Source: an uncultured Methanosarcinales archaeon
GTDB lineage: Archaea; Nanobdellota; Nanobdellia; Woesearchaeales; ARS49
DNA: 64,000 bases
Reading direction: 5' to 3'
Assembly (NCBI GenBank): GCA_964353335.1
Contig: CAYGVI010000005.1
Span: forward strand, 1,858-65,857
Translations under genes and position numbers: made by a program
Shown here: in pieces, positions 8,090 through 16,509 of the stretch
How the letters are laid out: every line of letters starts with the position of its first letter
Position numbering within the stretch: position 1 is the first letter of the stretch
The notes under the pieces: generated by a model
The model's database searches: none
Seen by the model: the letters and a program-made list of their open reading frames with translations, nothing else
What the model was told of the DNA's origin: nothing

Positions 8090-8536
8090 ATGGCGTTTTA
8101 TGTATTGCGAGAGGAAGACAAGCAGTTCCTTACTTCGCTGCTTTACGCCACAGGCATCATCCTGTTCTGGCGCGGCATCTGGGATATTTCTGTCAAGATT
8201 CCCCTGCTGAAAACCCCGCTGTTCTGCGCAGCAGTCGGGCTGATTATTATAACACTCACAGGATACCTTTACCGCGAGTATGACCCGATTTCAAACAGGA
8301 TGCACAAGATTGGAAGAGTCCTGAACGATGTTATCAACCAGGCCAAGAAAGGCGAGCCGCACGAGATTTTCTATTATGACCAGGTCGGCAAGCACCACCA
8401 CAAGATTTTGCCCCATAAAATCAGGAAGATTGAGCACGACTACATAATAATTGAGGAAAAAGGGCATGAAGTGTTTATTCCAATGCACAGGATAACTCAC
8501 GTGCACAAGCAGGGCAAGGTAATCTGGCGGCGTTAA
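8090..8536 (+). CDS. membrane protein with a C-terminal MJ1316/DUF504-like domain
   Basis: Two N-terminal hydrophobic helices. The C-terminus (EVFIPMHRITHVHKQGKVIWRR) matches the IP-x-HRI...G-x-VIW-x-R signature of the MJ1316 RNA cyclic-end recognition domain. Confidence 0.55.
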   Translation: MAFYVLREEDKQFLTSLLYATGIILFWRGIWDISVKIPLLKTPLFCAAVGLIIITLTGYLYREYDPISNRMHKIGRVLNDVINQAKKGEPHEIFYYDQVGKHHHKILPHKIRKIEHDYIIIEEKGHEVFIPMHRITHVHKQGKVIWRR

Positions 8537-8538
8537 AT

Positions 8539-8904
8539 TCAGGATTTTCTTCGCCTGTTAAATGTTGCCTGCGCTGCGTTTATCATGTCAGAAAGTTCTA
8601 TCTGCTGGACATATGGCAGCTCTGGCTCCTTTTTCCGCCGGCTCTTGCTTTTTTGGGCATACATCACATTGCACCTTTGCCAGAAAGATTGCCTTGTAAT
8701 CGGCTTTGCAAACAGCGTCTTTGCCTCAGTATAGCTTATTGGAATTTCACCATGAGGCGCTGCAAGAGAACCGTTAAAGACTTCCAGCAGACCAATGTCC
8801 TTGACCTGATAGCTTGGCTTTGACCCTGGAATGCTTACAAAGATGTAGTTTGTTGCTTCACTCATACCCTTAGGTGAAAGCCACCTCTTTATAAAATTTG
8901 GCAA
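8539..8904 (-). CDS. hypothetical protein
   Basis: TTG start at 8904, with an alternative ATG at 8865. Same strand as the Nudix gene and just downstream of it. Confidence 0.4.
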   Translation of the reverse strand: MPNFIKRWLSPKGMSEATNYIFVSIPGSKPSYQVKDIGLLEVFNGSLAAPHGEIPISYTEAKTLFAKPITRQSFWQRCNVMYAQKSKSRRKKEPELPYVQQIELSDMINAAQATFNRRRKS

Positions 8905-8913
8905 AAAAGCAAT

Positions 8914-9429
8914 TCACAGCTTTCCTGTTTTCTGCCATTTCTTGAAGCAGTCACATGCAACCCTGCACAGTTCCTTGCTTACTTCACCCCATTGGATGTG
9001 CTTGTTGAATTCCTCAGGTGTGACAAACTTTCTTTCGTAAAGCAAGCCTGTTGCAGGGTCTAGTTTTGTTTCATTAATTTTTTCTATTATTGCCACATAT
9101 CTTAATTGGTAAAATTGTTCTCCTTCTTTTGGGTTTGGGTTGTTTGGAAAGTCAATTTTGAAGCAGCCAATCATTTTGCATTCAGATATAATGACTGATG
9201 CCTCCTCTTCAACTTCGCGCTTGAGTGTTTGTTCAGGAGTTTCCTTGTTTTCAGGCTTTCCTCCTGGAAGATGCCATTCTGGTGTTCTTCTGATAATCAG
9301 TATTTTGCCTTCTTTTGTAAAGCACATGCCTGAAACCTGGGTGTATTTCCTGTATTTTTCATAATTATCTGCTGCAATCCACGTAGAACATATGGGCATC
9401 CCCTGCCATACCCAATTTTGTTTTATCAT
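8914..9429 (-). CDS. Nudix hydrolase
   Basis: GGKPENKETPEQTLKREVEEEASV matches the Nudix box G-x5-E-x7-REUxEExGU. Confidence 0.8.
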   Translation of the reverse strand: MIKQNWVWQGMPICSTWIAADNYEKYRKYTQVSGMCFTKEGKILIIRRTPEWHLPGGKPENKETPEQTLKREVEEEASVIISECKMIGCFKIDFPNNPNPKEGEQFYQLRYVAIIEKINETKLDPATGLLYERKFVTPEEFNKHIQWGEVSKELCRVACDCFKKWQKTGKL

Positions 9430-9440
9430 AATAAAAAATA

Positions 9441-9572
9441 TCCCCGCGGCCGGATTTGAACCAGCGACCTTTCGGGCTCAACGCGGCTGACCCGCTTTCA
9501 TGCAATGGCCTTCGCCGTTGTCTGCGGGCGACTGCTCTACAGCCGAATGCTCTGCCGCTGAGCTACGCGGGG
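9441..9572 (-). tRNA. tRNA-Tyr (anticodon GTA) with an intron of about 60 nt at or near position 37/38
   Basis: Acceptor CCCCGCG/CGCGGGG (C1-G72, the archaeal Tyr identity pair), discriminator A, D arm GCTC/GAGC, anticodon stem TTCGG/CCGAA, loop CTGTAG, T arm GCTGG-TTCAAAT-CCGGC. Exons are about 9537-9572 and 9441-9476. Confidence 0.85.
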
Positions 9573-9616
9573 ATGATACGACGATGAATCCACTGACGAT
9601 TTTTAAATGTTGTTGT

Positions 9617-9721
9617 TTCCGAGCTGCTGAATGAGCGCGAGGAACGAGCGGAACCGCAGTGTAGCGAAGTTATGAGCGCGAATTCGCAGCGAGTGTCTCT
9701 CACCGAAGGTGCGTTATTTGG
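9617..9721. repeat. intergenic element, copy 1 of the TTCCGAGC...GCGTTATTTGG family
   Basis: Shares ordered blocks with 33217-33360: ttccgagc, agcggaacc, gtg-n-agcg, agcgagtgtct, gcgttatttgg. Contains the palindrome gcgaattcgc. Confidence 0.5.
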
Positions 9722-9748
9722 AATTTAGTGCTGCAAAGAATGACGCGA

Positions 9749-11185
9749 TTACCCCAAAAACTTGACTTTCGGCCTGTTTGAGCTTGTTGTCCTTTCTTTT
9801 CCTGTCGCTGTTGTGAACTTGGACACTGCTTCTGGCAAAGAAACTCCTCCGAGTATGCTCAGCGATGACCTCACCTTGTATGAAATAATGCGCTCTTCGC
9901 GTGCCATTATGTCTCCAACTTCATACTTGATAATTGTGCCCTTGCGCTCGTTCCTTATGGAATTCGAGGGCGTAAGTGTTCCGACATCGTATTCCTTTAT
10001 CAGCTCTGCAATCCGTGGAATCAAATCAATTACTGTCGCACTGCGTATTGGCTTGCCTGACCTGTTCTTCAGCTCCAAAAGAATCTTCAGCTCGCTTATT
10101 CCGCCCTCGCGCGTGCTGAGTACAACAGCAGACTTCTTTATTGTCAGCGGGCTGCGGAACACCAAGTAAACTATGAGCAGAATAATTCCAAGCGTCATTA
10201 TTATCGCCAGGGGCCTGTAATTTGTCGTGACGCGGATTTCACGCGAGTTTCCGACATTTATCTTCACGTCCCAGACAAACGAGCCGTTCTCAACGCGCGA
10301 CGCAAGGTCTGACTTTGTGAACATGCGGGCATACCACGGCATTGCAAAGGCAAACGGCTGCTCAAGAAGGACGTTTGCATCATTGGTTAAAGTGATTATC
10401 CTGACTGTCTTGAGGAATGACTTCACAATCTCAACAGTGGGCATCAATTGGCCGTAAGACGCAACCTCGTAGTCAACAGGTGGCAAATCAAACTGGAATC
10501 CCTTTCCTTTTTCTGTCGCGATAAGTGAGACTTCAAGCACATCGCTCTGTGGACGGGTCTGGCGGTCAACGCGCGCCATGAACTTCACTGTCTTTCGCTC
10601 CAATGGACCCAGCGAGGTTACAAAGTCCTGGTTGATGACATCGCTCCTTACTTTTACCTTCAGCTCTGTGAGGTTTCTCCTGTTCTGGTTCTCAAAGTTT
10701 ACTGTTATCTCTATTTCATTTCTCGGGTCAACAAATATCGGAATCTCAGCTGTCCCCCTCACTGCGGGCATGTAAGTGTTGGTTGCCGGCGGTCCTGAGA
10801 CCTCCATATAGAGCATTGCCTTCTTCAGTTCATTTGTCCCTGTGCGCTTTACGTGGATTGGAACGCCATAAAGCCCTGGGTTGATGTTTAATGGCTGTAT
10901 TGTGAGGATTGTCGTGAACGGCTTTCCTGGCTTTATCTGCAATGTGTCCTTTGTCCTGATGTCCCAAAGGACTTCAGGGGAGTAAATTTCAAAGAATTCC
11001 GTGCTGGAAAAGTCGTGTGATATGGTGACATTGTATTCTGCCATGTCATTTGTGCCTATTGTCTGCTGCGGAGGCGCGAATTCTGCTGAGAAATCTGCTG
11101 CGACAACACTAGAAAGCATCACTGCAATTGCCAGCCACAGAAATTTGCGCAACTCTATCACCGCCTTGCTCGGTGATTTACTCAT
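9749..11185 (-). CDS. membrane-anchored surface protein (beta-sandwich-rich), unknown function
   Basis: N-terminal signal anchor (FLWLAIAVMLSSVVAA) and an internal TM (AIIMTLGILLIVYLVF) followed by a C-terminal domain. The architecture resembles archaeal COG1470-type proteins (inference). Confidence 0.6.
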   Translation of the reverse strand: MSKSPSKAVIELRKFLWLAIAVMLSSVVAADFSAEFAPPQQTIGTNDMAEYNVTISHDFSSTEFFEIYSPEVLWDIRTKDTLQIKPGKPFTTILTIQPLNINPGLYGVPIHVKRTGTNELKKAMLYMEVSGPPATNTYMPAVRGTAEIPIFVDPRNEIEITVNFENQNRRNLTELKVKVRSDVINQDFVTSLGPLERKTVKFMARVDRQTRPQSDVLEVSLIATEKGKGFQFDLPPVDYEVASYGQLMPTVEIVKSFLKTVRIITLTNDANVLLEQPFAFAMPWYARMFTKSDLASRVENGSFVWDVKINVGNSREIRVTTNYRPLAIIMTLGIILLIVYLVFRSPLTIKKSAVVLSTREGGISELKILLELKNRSGKPIRSATVIDLIPRIAELIKEYDVGTLTPSNSIRNERKGTIIKYEVGDIMAREERIISYKVRSSLSILGGVSLPEAVSKFTTATGKERTTSSNRPKVKFLG

Positions 11186-11205
11186 ATTTATACTTTGCGT
11201 TTTGA

Positions 11206-13260
11206 TTAGACGAGCACTTTGCTTGTATGCTCCTCTTTCACCACCTTCAAGACGTGGTCAGCAAGGCTTTCTATCTTTGCTTCATGGCTAACAAGTATGA
11301 TTTGCCTTGCTTTCAGCTGGTCAAGCACGTCCCTCATGCGGTCAATCTGCTCTGCGCTGAAGCCGTCTGTGGGCTCATCTAATATTACAATGTCCTTTGT
11401 GTGTATTGTTGAGCGCAATGCAGTGATTACCTTGTTCAATGCGAGCCTGTATGCCAATGCACACGCTGTTTTTTCTCCTCCTGAAAGGTTGTTGACCTCT
11501 GTGTCATAGCCGTTCTGCTGGACAACAGGCGAAAATTCCTCGTCCAAGCGCGCCACAAGCACATCATCCTCAATCAAAAGCCCGAACCACTGCTGGAACA
11601 ATGAATTAAATTCGTGGTAGACCTTTGTCATCACATGCTTTTCCATCACAGACATCAGGTTTGTGAAGAAATCTCCGACCCACTGGTTCATCACGTCAAG
11701 CTTTGCAAGCTGTTCGTGCGCTTTTTGCTTTGCCTCAATGTCTTTTTCAAGCAAAGTTATTGTTTCAAAGAGCATCTTTTGCCGTGTTAAAAGTGTTGCG
11801 TGCTCTATGTTTGTCGTTTGTTCCTGCTGCTGAAACTGTTCAAGCCTTGTTTTTTCTGCCTGATACCTTGTTTCAACAGAGTTTGCGCTCTGTAATAATG
11901 CCGATGCCTGCTGTTTTCTCGCTTCTGCTGCTGAAACTGCTGAGATTGTGTCTGTTAACCGCTTTTCCGCCTCCTGTTTTCTTGTGAGGCTTGTTTGGTA
12001 CTGCTGGAATTTGTACTGTGCATCCCTTGCTGCTGCCTGCTGCTGCATCAATGCGCTTATTTCCTGCTGCAGTTTTGTTTTTGCCAGCTCTTTCTGGCTT
12101 GCTGCTGTTTCAAAAGTGGTTATCTGCGCAGTTATTGAATCAGTATTCTGCTTTTCCTTGTCAGCAAAAACGTGCTTGTGAGTCTCCCCGACTTCCTGCA
12201 GGCATGTTGGGCACTTGTTAAGCTCCAAAATGCGTTTTATCGTAAGCTCTGACAGCTGCTTTTTTGCCTTGAGCTCTGCGTGCGCTGTGATATGGGTGCG
12301 CATTTCCTTTTCTGAAACAAGAACTTCCTGCTGTTTTTGCTGCATGACCCTGGCAATTTCATCCGGAGTCTGCGCTGGCTGAACTGGAGCCTGTGAAACC
12401 TGCGGGGCAAGCATGGCAATCTCTGAATGGAGGCTTTTTTGCGTGTTTGCAAGGTTTTTCAGCTCTGTTTCAGCTGTGTTGTATGCAAGCCTGTGCTGCT
12501 GCAGTGCGTTTCTTTCCTTTTCAACGCCTTCAATTATCATTTTTTGCTGTGCCACTGCCTGTTTTGCTGATTCAAGCCTTGGCTGGATGTCAAGAAGTGA
12601 TATTCTTACGTCTGATGACTGGTTTTGTTTTTCCTGCAATTGCTGTTTTTTCACAGGCTCATCTGTTAATTGGCCTTCAAACAGCCTTCTTCTTTCGCGC
12701 AAAAGCTTGGCATACACGCCTGCATTGTCAGAAATCCGTCTGTACTTGTCAATGTCAAACACTTTCCTGAGAATCATCAGCCTTGATTCCTTGTCTTCTG
12801 TGATTATTCTCTTCATTTCCTCCTGTGGCGTGTAGACTGTGTAGCGGTAAATCATGCTCTTGCTTTTTGTTACAAGCTCTGCAGGATAGCCAAGCAGGTT
12901 CAGGACTGCTGTTTTCAGCTCAACTGCTGTTGCTTCCCTGCGCATTCCTTCTTTGATTATGTAGCCTGCGTCCTGTTCAATGCTGTCTTTTGTCCTTTTC
13001 AGCTTTCTTCCGATTGTGTATTCTTTGCTGTTCAGCTCAAAAGTAAGCTCAACATTTCCTTCTTTTGTGCCGTTTCTTAGCAATGCTGCGCCAGAGAGCT
13101 CTCCGCGCATTATTCCAAACAGCGCAAACTCAATCGCAAGGAGTATTGTTGATTTTCCAGCGCCAATATCGCCTGCGAGAAGAACTATGCCCTCAGGAAA
13201 CACAAGCGACTCTTCAATATAGCTTCGTATGTTTTTCAGCTTCAGAGATTTCAGGAACAT
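11206..13260 (-). CDS. rad50: Rad50/SbcC-type SMC ATPase with a zinc hook
   Basis: Walker A GDIGAGKST, a long Q/E/K-rich coiled coil, CPTC zinc hook (LNKCPTCLQEV), signature LSGGEKTACALA, Walker B IVILDEPTDG, H-loop LVSHE. Confidence 0.8.
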   Translation of the reverse strand: MFLKSLKLKNIRSYIEESLVFPEGIVLLAGDIGAGKSTILLAIEFALFGIMRGELSGAALLRNGTKEGNVELTFELNSKEYTIGRKLKRTKDSIEQDAGYIIKEGMRREATAVELKTAVLNLLGYPAELVTKSKSMIYRYTVYTPQEEMKRIITEDKESRLMILRKVFDIDKYRRISDNAGVYAKLLRERRRLFEGQLTDEPVKKQQLQEKQNQSSDVRISLLDIQPRLESAKQAVAQQKMIIEGVEKERNALQQHRLAYNTAETELKNLANTQKSLHSEIAMLAPQVSQAPVQPAQTPDEIARVMQQKQQEVLVSEKEMRTHITAHAELKAKKQLSELTIKRILELNKCPTCLQEVGETHKHVFADKEKQNTDSITAQITTFETAASQKELAKTKLQQEISALMQQQAAARDAQYKFQQYQTSLTRKQEAEKRLTDTISAVSAAEARKQQASALLQSANSVETRYQAEKTRLEQFQQQEQTTNIEHATLLTRQKMLFETITLLEKDIEAKQKAHEQLAKLDVMNQWVGDFFTNLMSVMEKHVMTKVYHEFNSLFQQWFGLLIEDDVLVARLDEEFSPVVQQNGYDTEVNNLSGGEKTACALAYRLALNKVITALRSTIHTKDIVILDEPTDGFSAEQIDRMRDVLDQLKARQIILVSHEAKIESLADHVLKVVKEEHTSKVLV

Positions 13261-13309
13261 AACATCACCAAAAAATTAAAACTATATATTATTAGTTGTG
13301 ATGGAGTTG

Positions 13310-13933
13310 TTATTGGCGTTGTTTCTCCAATTCATCAATTATTTTTTCAAGAGCTTTTGTTTCTGGCTTGTCCATAAACTGGGGTGCAACTTCAAAAAGA
13401 AGCACTTTGCCTGGTTGCGAACAGTCGCCACAACCACAGCCAAGATTGGATATGCGTATCCCTGTCTCAACAGAATGTTCATGAAACTCTTCAGGATAAT
13501 AGCCCAATTCAAATGCAAACAGCTTATAGTCCACACAGGAAAGGCTCGAAATTACCACACGACTGAATACATCAAATGCAGTTTTTGTTTTTTTGTAAGC
13601 TTCTGGCACAGAATCAGGGCGAGGAATCCTGACATTTATTTTTTCAGGCTTTCCTCCTAAACTAATCTCGCGAATTTCATCTTTGTCAAGTGAGATTTCA
13701 AGCATTTTTGGGACTTTTGAGAACAAGCAAAGGAACACATTGCCATCGTGCATAATTTCATATTCGCACACCAATCCAGGCAGCACAGTGCCGCACGATG
13801 GCACAAATGAAGCTCTCAGGTAGCCCTGTTCCATCGCTGGCGCCTTGCTAAGCAGATAACGAATCTCATCTGCGGTTGGCCTATACAATCCCGGCATTGT
13901 CTTACGGGTCTGGGCAAAAGTTGTATCAGCCAT
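13310..13933 (-). CDS. hypothetical protein, 207 aa, immediately upstream of rad50 (not Mre11-like)
   Basis: The ATG at 13933 has AGGTGA 4 nt upstream. The longer track ORF (to 14140) would overlap the upstream gene. No phosphoesterase motifs. Contains GCGCGDC. Confidence 0.55.
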   Translation of the reverse strand: MADTTFAQTRKTMPGLYRPTADEIRYLLSKAPAMEQGYLRASFVPSCGTVLPGLVCEYEIMHDGNVFLCLFSKVPKMLEISLDKDEIREISLGGKPEKINVRIPRPDSVPEAYKKTKTAFDVFSRVVISSLSCVDYKLFAFELGYYPEEFHEHSVETGIRISNLGCGCGDCSQPGKVLLFEVAPQFMDKPETKALEKIIDELEKQRQ

Positions 13934-13977
13934 AAAATCACCTAAAAAAGATAAATAAAAAAATAAAAACAGCGCGT

Positions 13978-15342
13978 TCAGATAAACGCGCCTGAGCCGA
14001 ATGATGGCGGCCTGTTGACGTCGGTTACAACAATTGTCACGTCCTTCTTGACAGTGTTGATGCCGTCGCTGACTGTTATCGTCACCAGGTGGGTTCCTTG
14101 GTCCTCGTACGTCGATGTGTACGTGTTGGACTTCATCCATCCTGAGTACGTTATTGTCAGCTCGTCTCCCTCTGGGTCTGTTATTACAGGCGTGAGGGTT
14201 ACTGTCTGGCCTTCGTCAATTGTCAGCGTATCAGCCATCTGGATGACAGGAGCCTTGTTCAATGACTCTACAGTTATTGCAAAGCTCGTGCTGTCTGCCA
14301 GGTTGCCGTCAGAGGCTGTGACATTGACATTGTACTTGCCAACATCATTGCTCGTGGTCTGCCAGGTTCCGTCAGGTCCCAATGGCGGGGTAAAGGTGAA
14401 CGCCACCTTGTCGCCGTCAGGGTCTGTTGCGGTCGGCTTGACTGTTATCTTGTCGCCTTCCTTGACCTTGACATCGCCAATCGGCCCGATTGTCGGAGGC
14501 CTGTCAACGTTCTCCACGATGACTCGGACAGTCTCGCGGGCAGTTGCCTTTCCGTCAGAGGCAAGTATGTTGACTTCGTGGGTTCCTGCATCAGTGAATC
14601 CTGTTGCCTTTGCAGGGCCATTCATCCAGCCGTCAAAGCTGATTGAAATCTTGTCGCCGTCTGGGTCAGATGCCTGCGCGTTAATGGTCACGGTCTCGCC
14701 TTCCTTGACGCGTATTTCCTTGGAAGCAATCTGAAGTACTGGCGCCATGTTCTTTGGCTTGACCTGGATTACAATCATCTGGTTGATGCTGTTCTTTCCG
14801 TCAGACGCTGTGATTGTTACCTTGTAATCACCCGTGTCTCCGACCTTTGTCTGCCATTTTCCTGTGGCATCCAATGGTGGCGTGAATGTGTATGTTATTG
14901 GGTCGCCGTCAGGGTCTGTTGCCTTGAGATTGGGGAAGTTCACAAGGTCTCCTTCTATCACGACCTTTCGCGGAAGGCTTGCATCCTCTGGAGCGACAGC
15001 TGGTGCTGTCTCTACAGGTGCAGTTTCAACAGGCACTGTCTCTACAGGTGCGGTTTCAACAGGTGCTGTCTCTGCCGGTGCTGCAGGAGCAGTCTCTACA
15101 GGTGCAGTTTCAGCAGGCGCTTCGCCCACAACTTCCTCTGCAACTTCAATATTCTGAGGCTCATTTGTCTCCTCAATCACGCTGACATCCTCGCCTGCAG
15201 CATCTAGTTCTGCAGCGACCGAGCCTGTCGGCGTGTCATCGCCTGTCGAGTTCCATCCCGGCGGAAGCAGCTGTGCGCATCCTGCCAGCATAAGAACTGC
15301 GATAACTCCGAGAACAACCGGAACAAAAACTGTTTTTGCCAT
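13978..15342 (-). CDS. lipoprotein with a Pro/Thr-rich linker and four tandem Ig/cadherin-like repeats
   Basis: Lipobox-like LAGCAQ. (APVET)n linker. Four repeats of about 90 aa, each with a DPDGD/DPEGD motif (ATDPDGDPITYTF, ASDPDGDKISISF, ATDPDGDKVAFTF, ITDPEGDELTITY), as in He_PIG/cadherin-like domains. Confidence 0.7.
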   Translation of the reverse strand: MAKTVFVPVVLGVIAVLMLAGCAQLLPPGWNSTGDDTPTGSVAAELDAAGEDVSVIEETNEPQNIEVAEEVVGEAPAETAPVETAPAAPAETAPVETAPVETVPVETAPVETAPAVAPEDASLPRKVVIEGDLVNFPNLKATDPDGDPITYTFTPPLDATGKWQTKVGDTGDYKVTITASDGKNSINQMIVIQVKPKNMAPVLQIASKEIRVKEGETVTINAQASDPDGDKISISFDGWMNGPAKATGFTDAGTHEVNILASDGKATARETVRVIVENVDRPPTIGPIGDVKVKEGDKITVKPTATDPDGDKVAFTFTPPLGPDGTWQTTSNDVGKYNVNVTASDGNLADSTSFAITVESLNKAPVIQMADTLTIDEGQTVTLTPVITDPEGDELTITYSGWMKSNTYTSTYEDQGTHLVTITVSDGINTVKKDVTIVVTDVNRPPSFGSGAFI

Positions 15343-15400
15343 ATTACACTCCCCCTTTAAGAGTAAATCTCTGTTACCTTTCCGGAATGGTAAATCATAT

Positions 15401-15982
15401 TTAAGCTTTTTGCTTCTGGACTATATATCCGAACAGAAAGAAGGCCGCAGAATAAGCAAGTGTCAGGCGGGTTATGTAAGTGAAAAATGCCTGGAAGAAC
15501 TGCTCTGGGTACAATAGTATGAGCATGCTGCCTTCAGGGAAAATCCAGGTTTCCTCTGAAAAGAAAATCTTGTGAAAATTTCCAAAGATGTTATCAAATG
15601 GCACAAATCCAAGAATCAGAACAAGCAACAGCAGAATCCAGAATCCGCGCATGAAAACCCTGCCAAGGTCTGCCTTTGGAAGCAGTGCGAGGAAAACAAC
15701 AAGCAAAATGAGAGAAGCATACCTCAGCAGGTGAATTACATCCTTCACGTCTGCCAGATGCGATTTTTCCCTCTCGTTAAAAATATCCGGAAGCACTGCC
15801 CTGCCTTCAAAATAATCAAGCACCTGCATTGTTGTCGGCAATGCCCCCTGCCTGAGCATGGAATTGTATGCCTGCTGGTCAAACACAAGCGCATTGCCAA
15901 TCAATAACAGCATCAAGAATGGGAAAATTACTGCGCAGAGCCAGGTTGTGTTCATAAGAATAGGATTTGCCCATCTGCTCAT
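15401..15982 (-). CDS. integral membrane protein (possibly DUF1461/TIGR01906-like)
   Basis: At least 4 hydrophobic helices. EREKSHLADVKDV resembles the conserved H-x-x-DVK region of that family (weak recollection). Confidence 0.45.
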   Translation of the reverse strand: MSRWANPILMNTTWLCAVIFPFLMLLLIGNALVFDQQAYNSMLRQGALPTTMQVLDYFEGRAVLPDIFNEREKSHLADVKDVIHLLRYASLILLVVFLALLPKADLGRVFMRGFWILLLLVLILGFVPFDNIFGNFHKIFFSEETWIFPEGSMLILLYPEQFFQAFFTYITRLTLAYSAAFFLFGYIVQKQKA

Positions 15983-16041
15983 AAAGTTTTCTGAAAAGGT
16001 GGTAACATAAGTTTATATTCCGCAAGGATTTTCTGCGGTTT

Positions 16042-16506
16042 ATGGCAGACACAATTGATGATGTTGTTGATCAGCAAATACAAATAATCCAGCAGACTGC
16101 AGATCAAAGCATTGCAGCAGCAAAATATATTGCAGATATGATTAAGGCAGATTTCAAGAAGTATGCAAATGCGTTTAATCCTGACCAGCAGGACGTTTCT
16201 GCAGAACAGCTTTACTTGGGAATCTTGGAGTATGTGCGTTCTTTTGACAAACACCATTCTCATGCCATTGGCGGTGTAATGAGCTACGAAAAGCCCAATA
16301 ACAGCGATATTCCGCCTGATCCGGACATAGTTCTTGGCTGGACAACCTATGTTGAATATGGAGAAAACAGGGTTACCAAAGATCTGACAGAGGAAGGAAA
16401 GAAAATGCTTTACGGTTATCGTTCTGCACTTGGCTTGGTTTCAGTTGATGAGCAGAAAAAACTGGATAGGGCAGCAGTAAAGACATTTACCCGCGATGTT
16501 TGCTAA
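16042..16506 (+). CDS. hypothetical protein, 154 aa
   Basis: ATG ORF, no overlap with neighbours, no motif recognised. Confidence 0.45.
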   Translation: MADTIDDVVDQQIQIIQQTADQSIAAAKYIADMIKADFKKYANAFNPDQQDVSAEQLYLGILEYVRSFDKHHSHAIGGVMSYEKPNNSDIPPDPDIVLGWTTYVEYGENRVTKDLTEEGKKMLYGYRSALGLVSVDEQKKLDRAAVKTFTRDVC

Positions 16507-16509
16507 GAA

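Noticed and set aside
13934-14140. N-terminal extension of track ORF 13310..14140 (MDEVQHVHID...)
   Set aside because: It would overlap the 3' end of the strongly supported lipoprotein gene 13978..15342 by 160 nt. Its sequence is low-complexity and Arg/Gln-rich. An ATG with AGGTGA is available at 13933.
14985-15115. Periodic 15-nt repeats, checked as a possible CRISPR or tandem-repeat locus
   Set aside because: The repeats are in frame inside a long ORF and encode the (APVET)n linker. There are no spacers, so this is not a CRISPR array.
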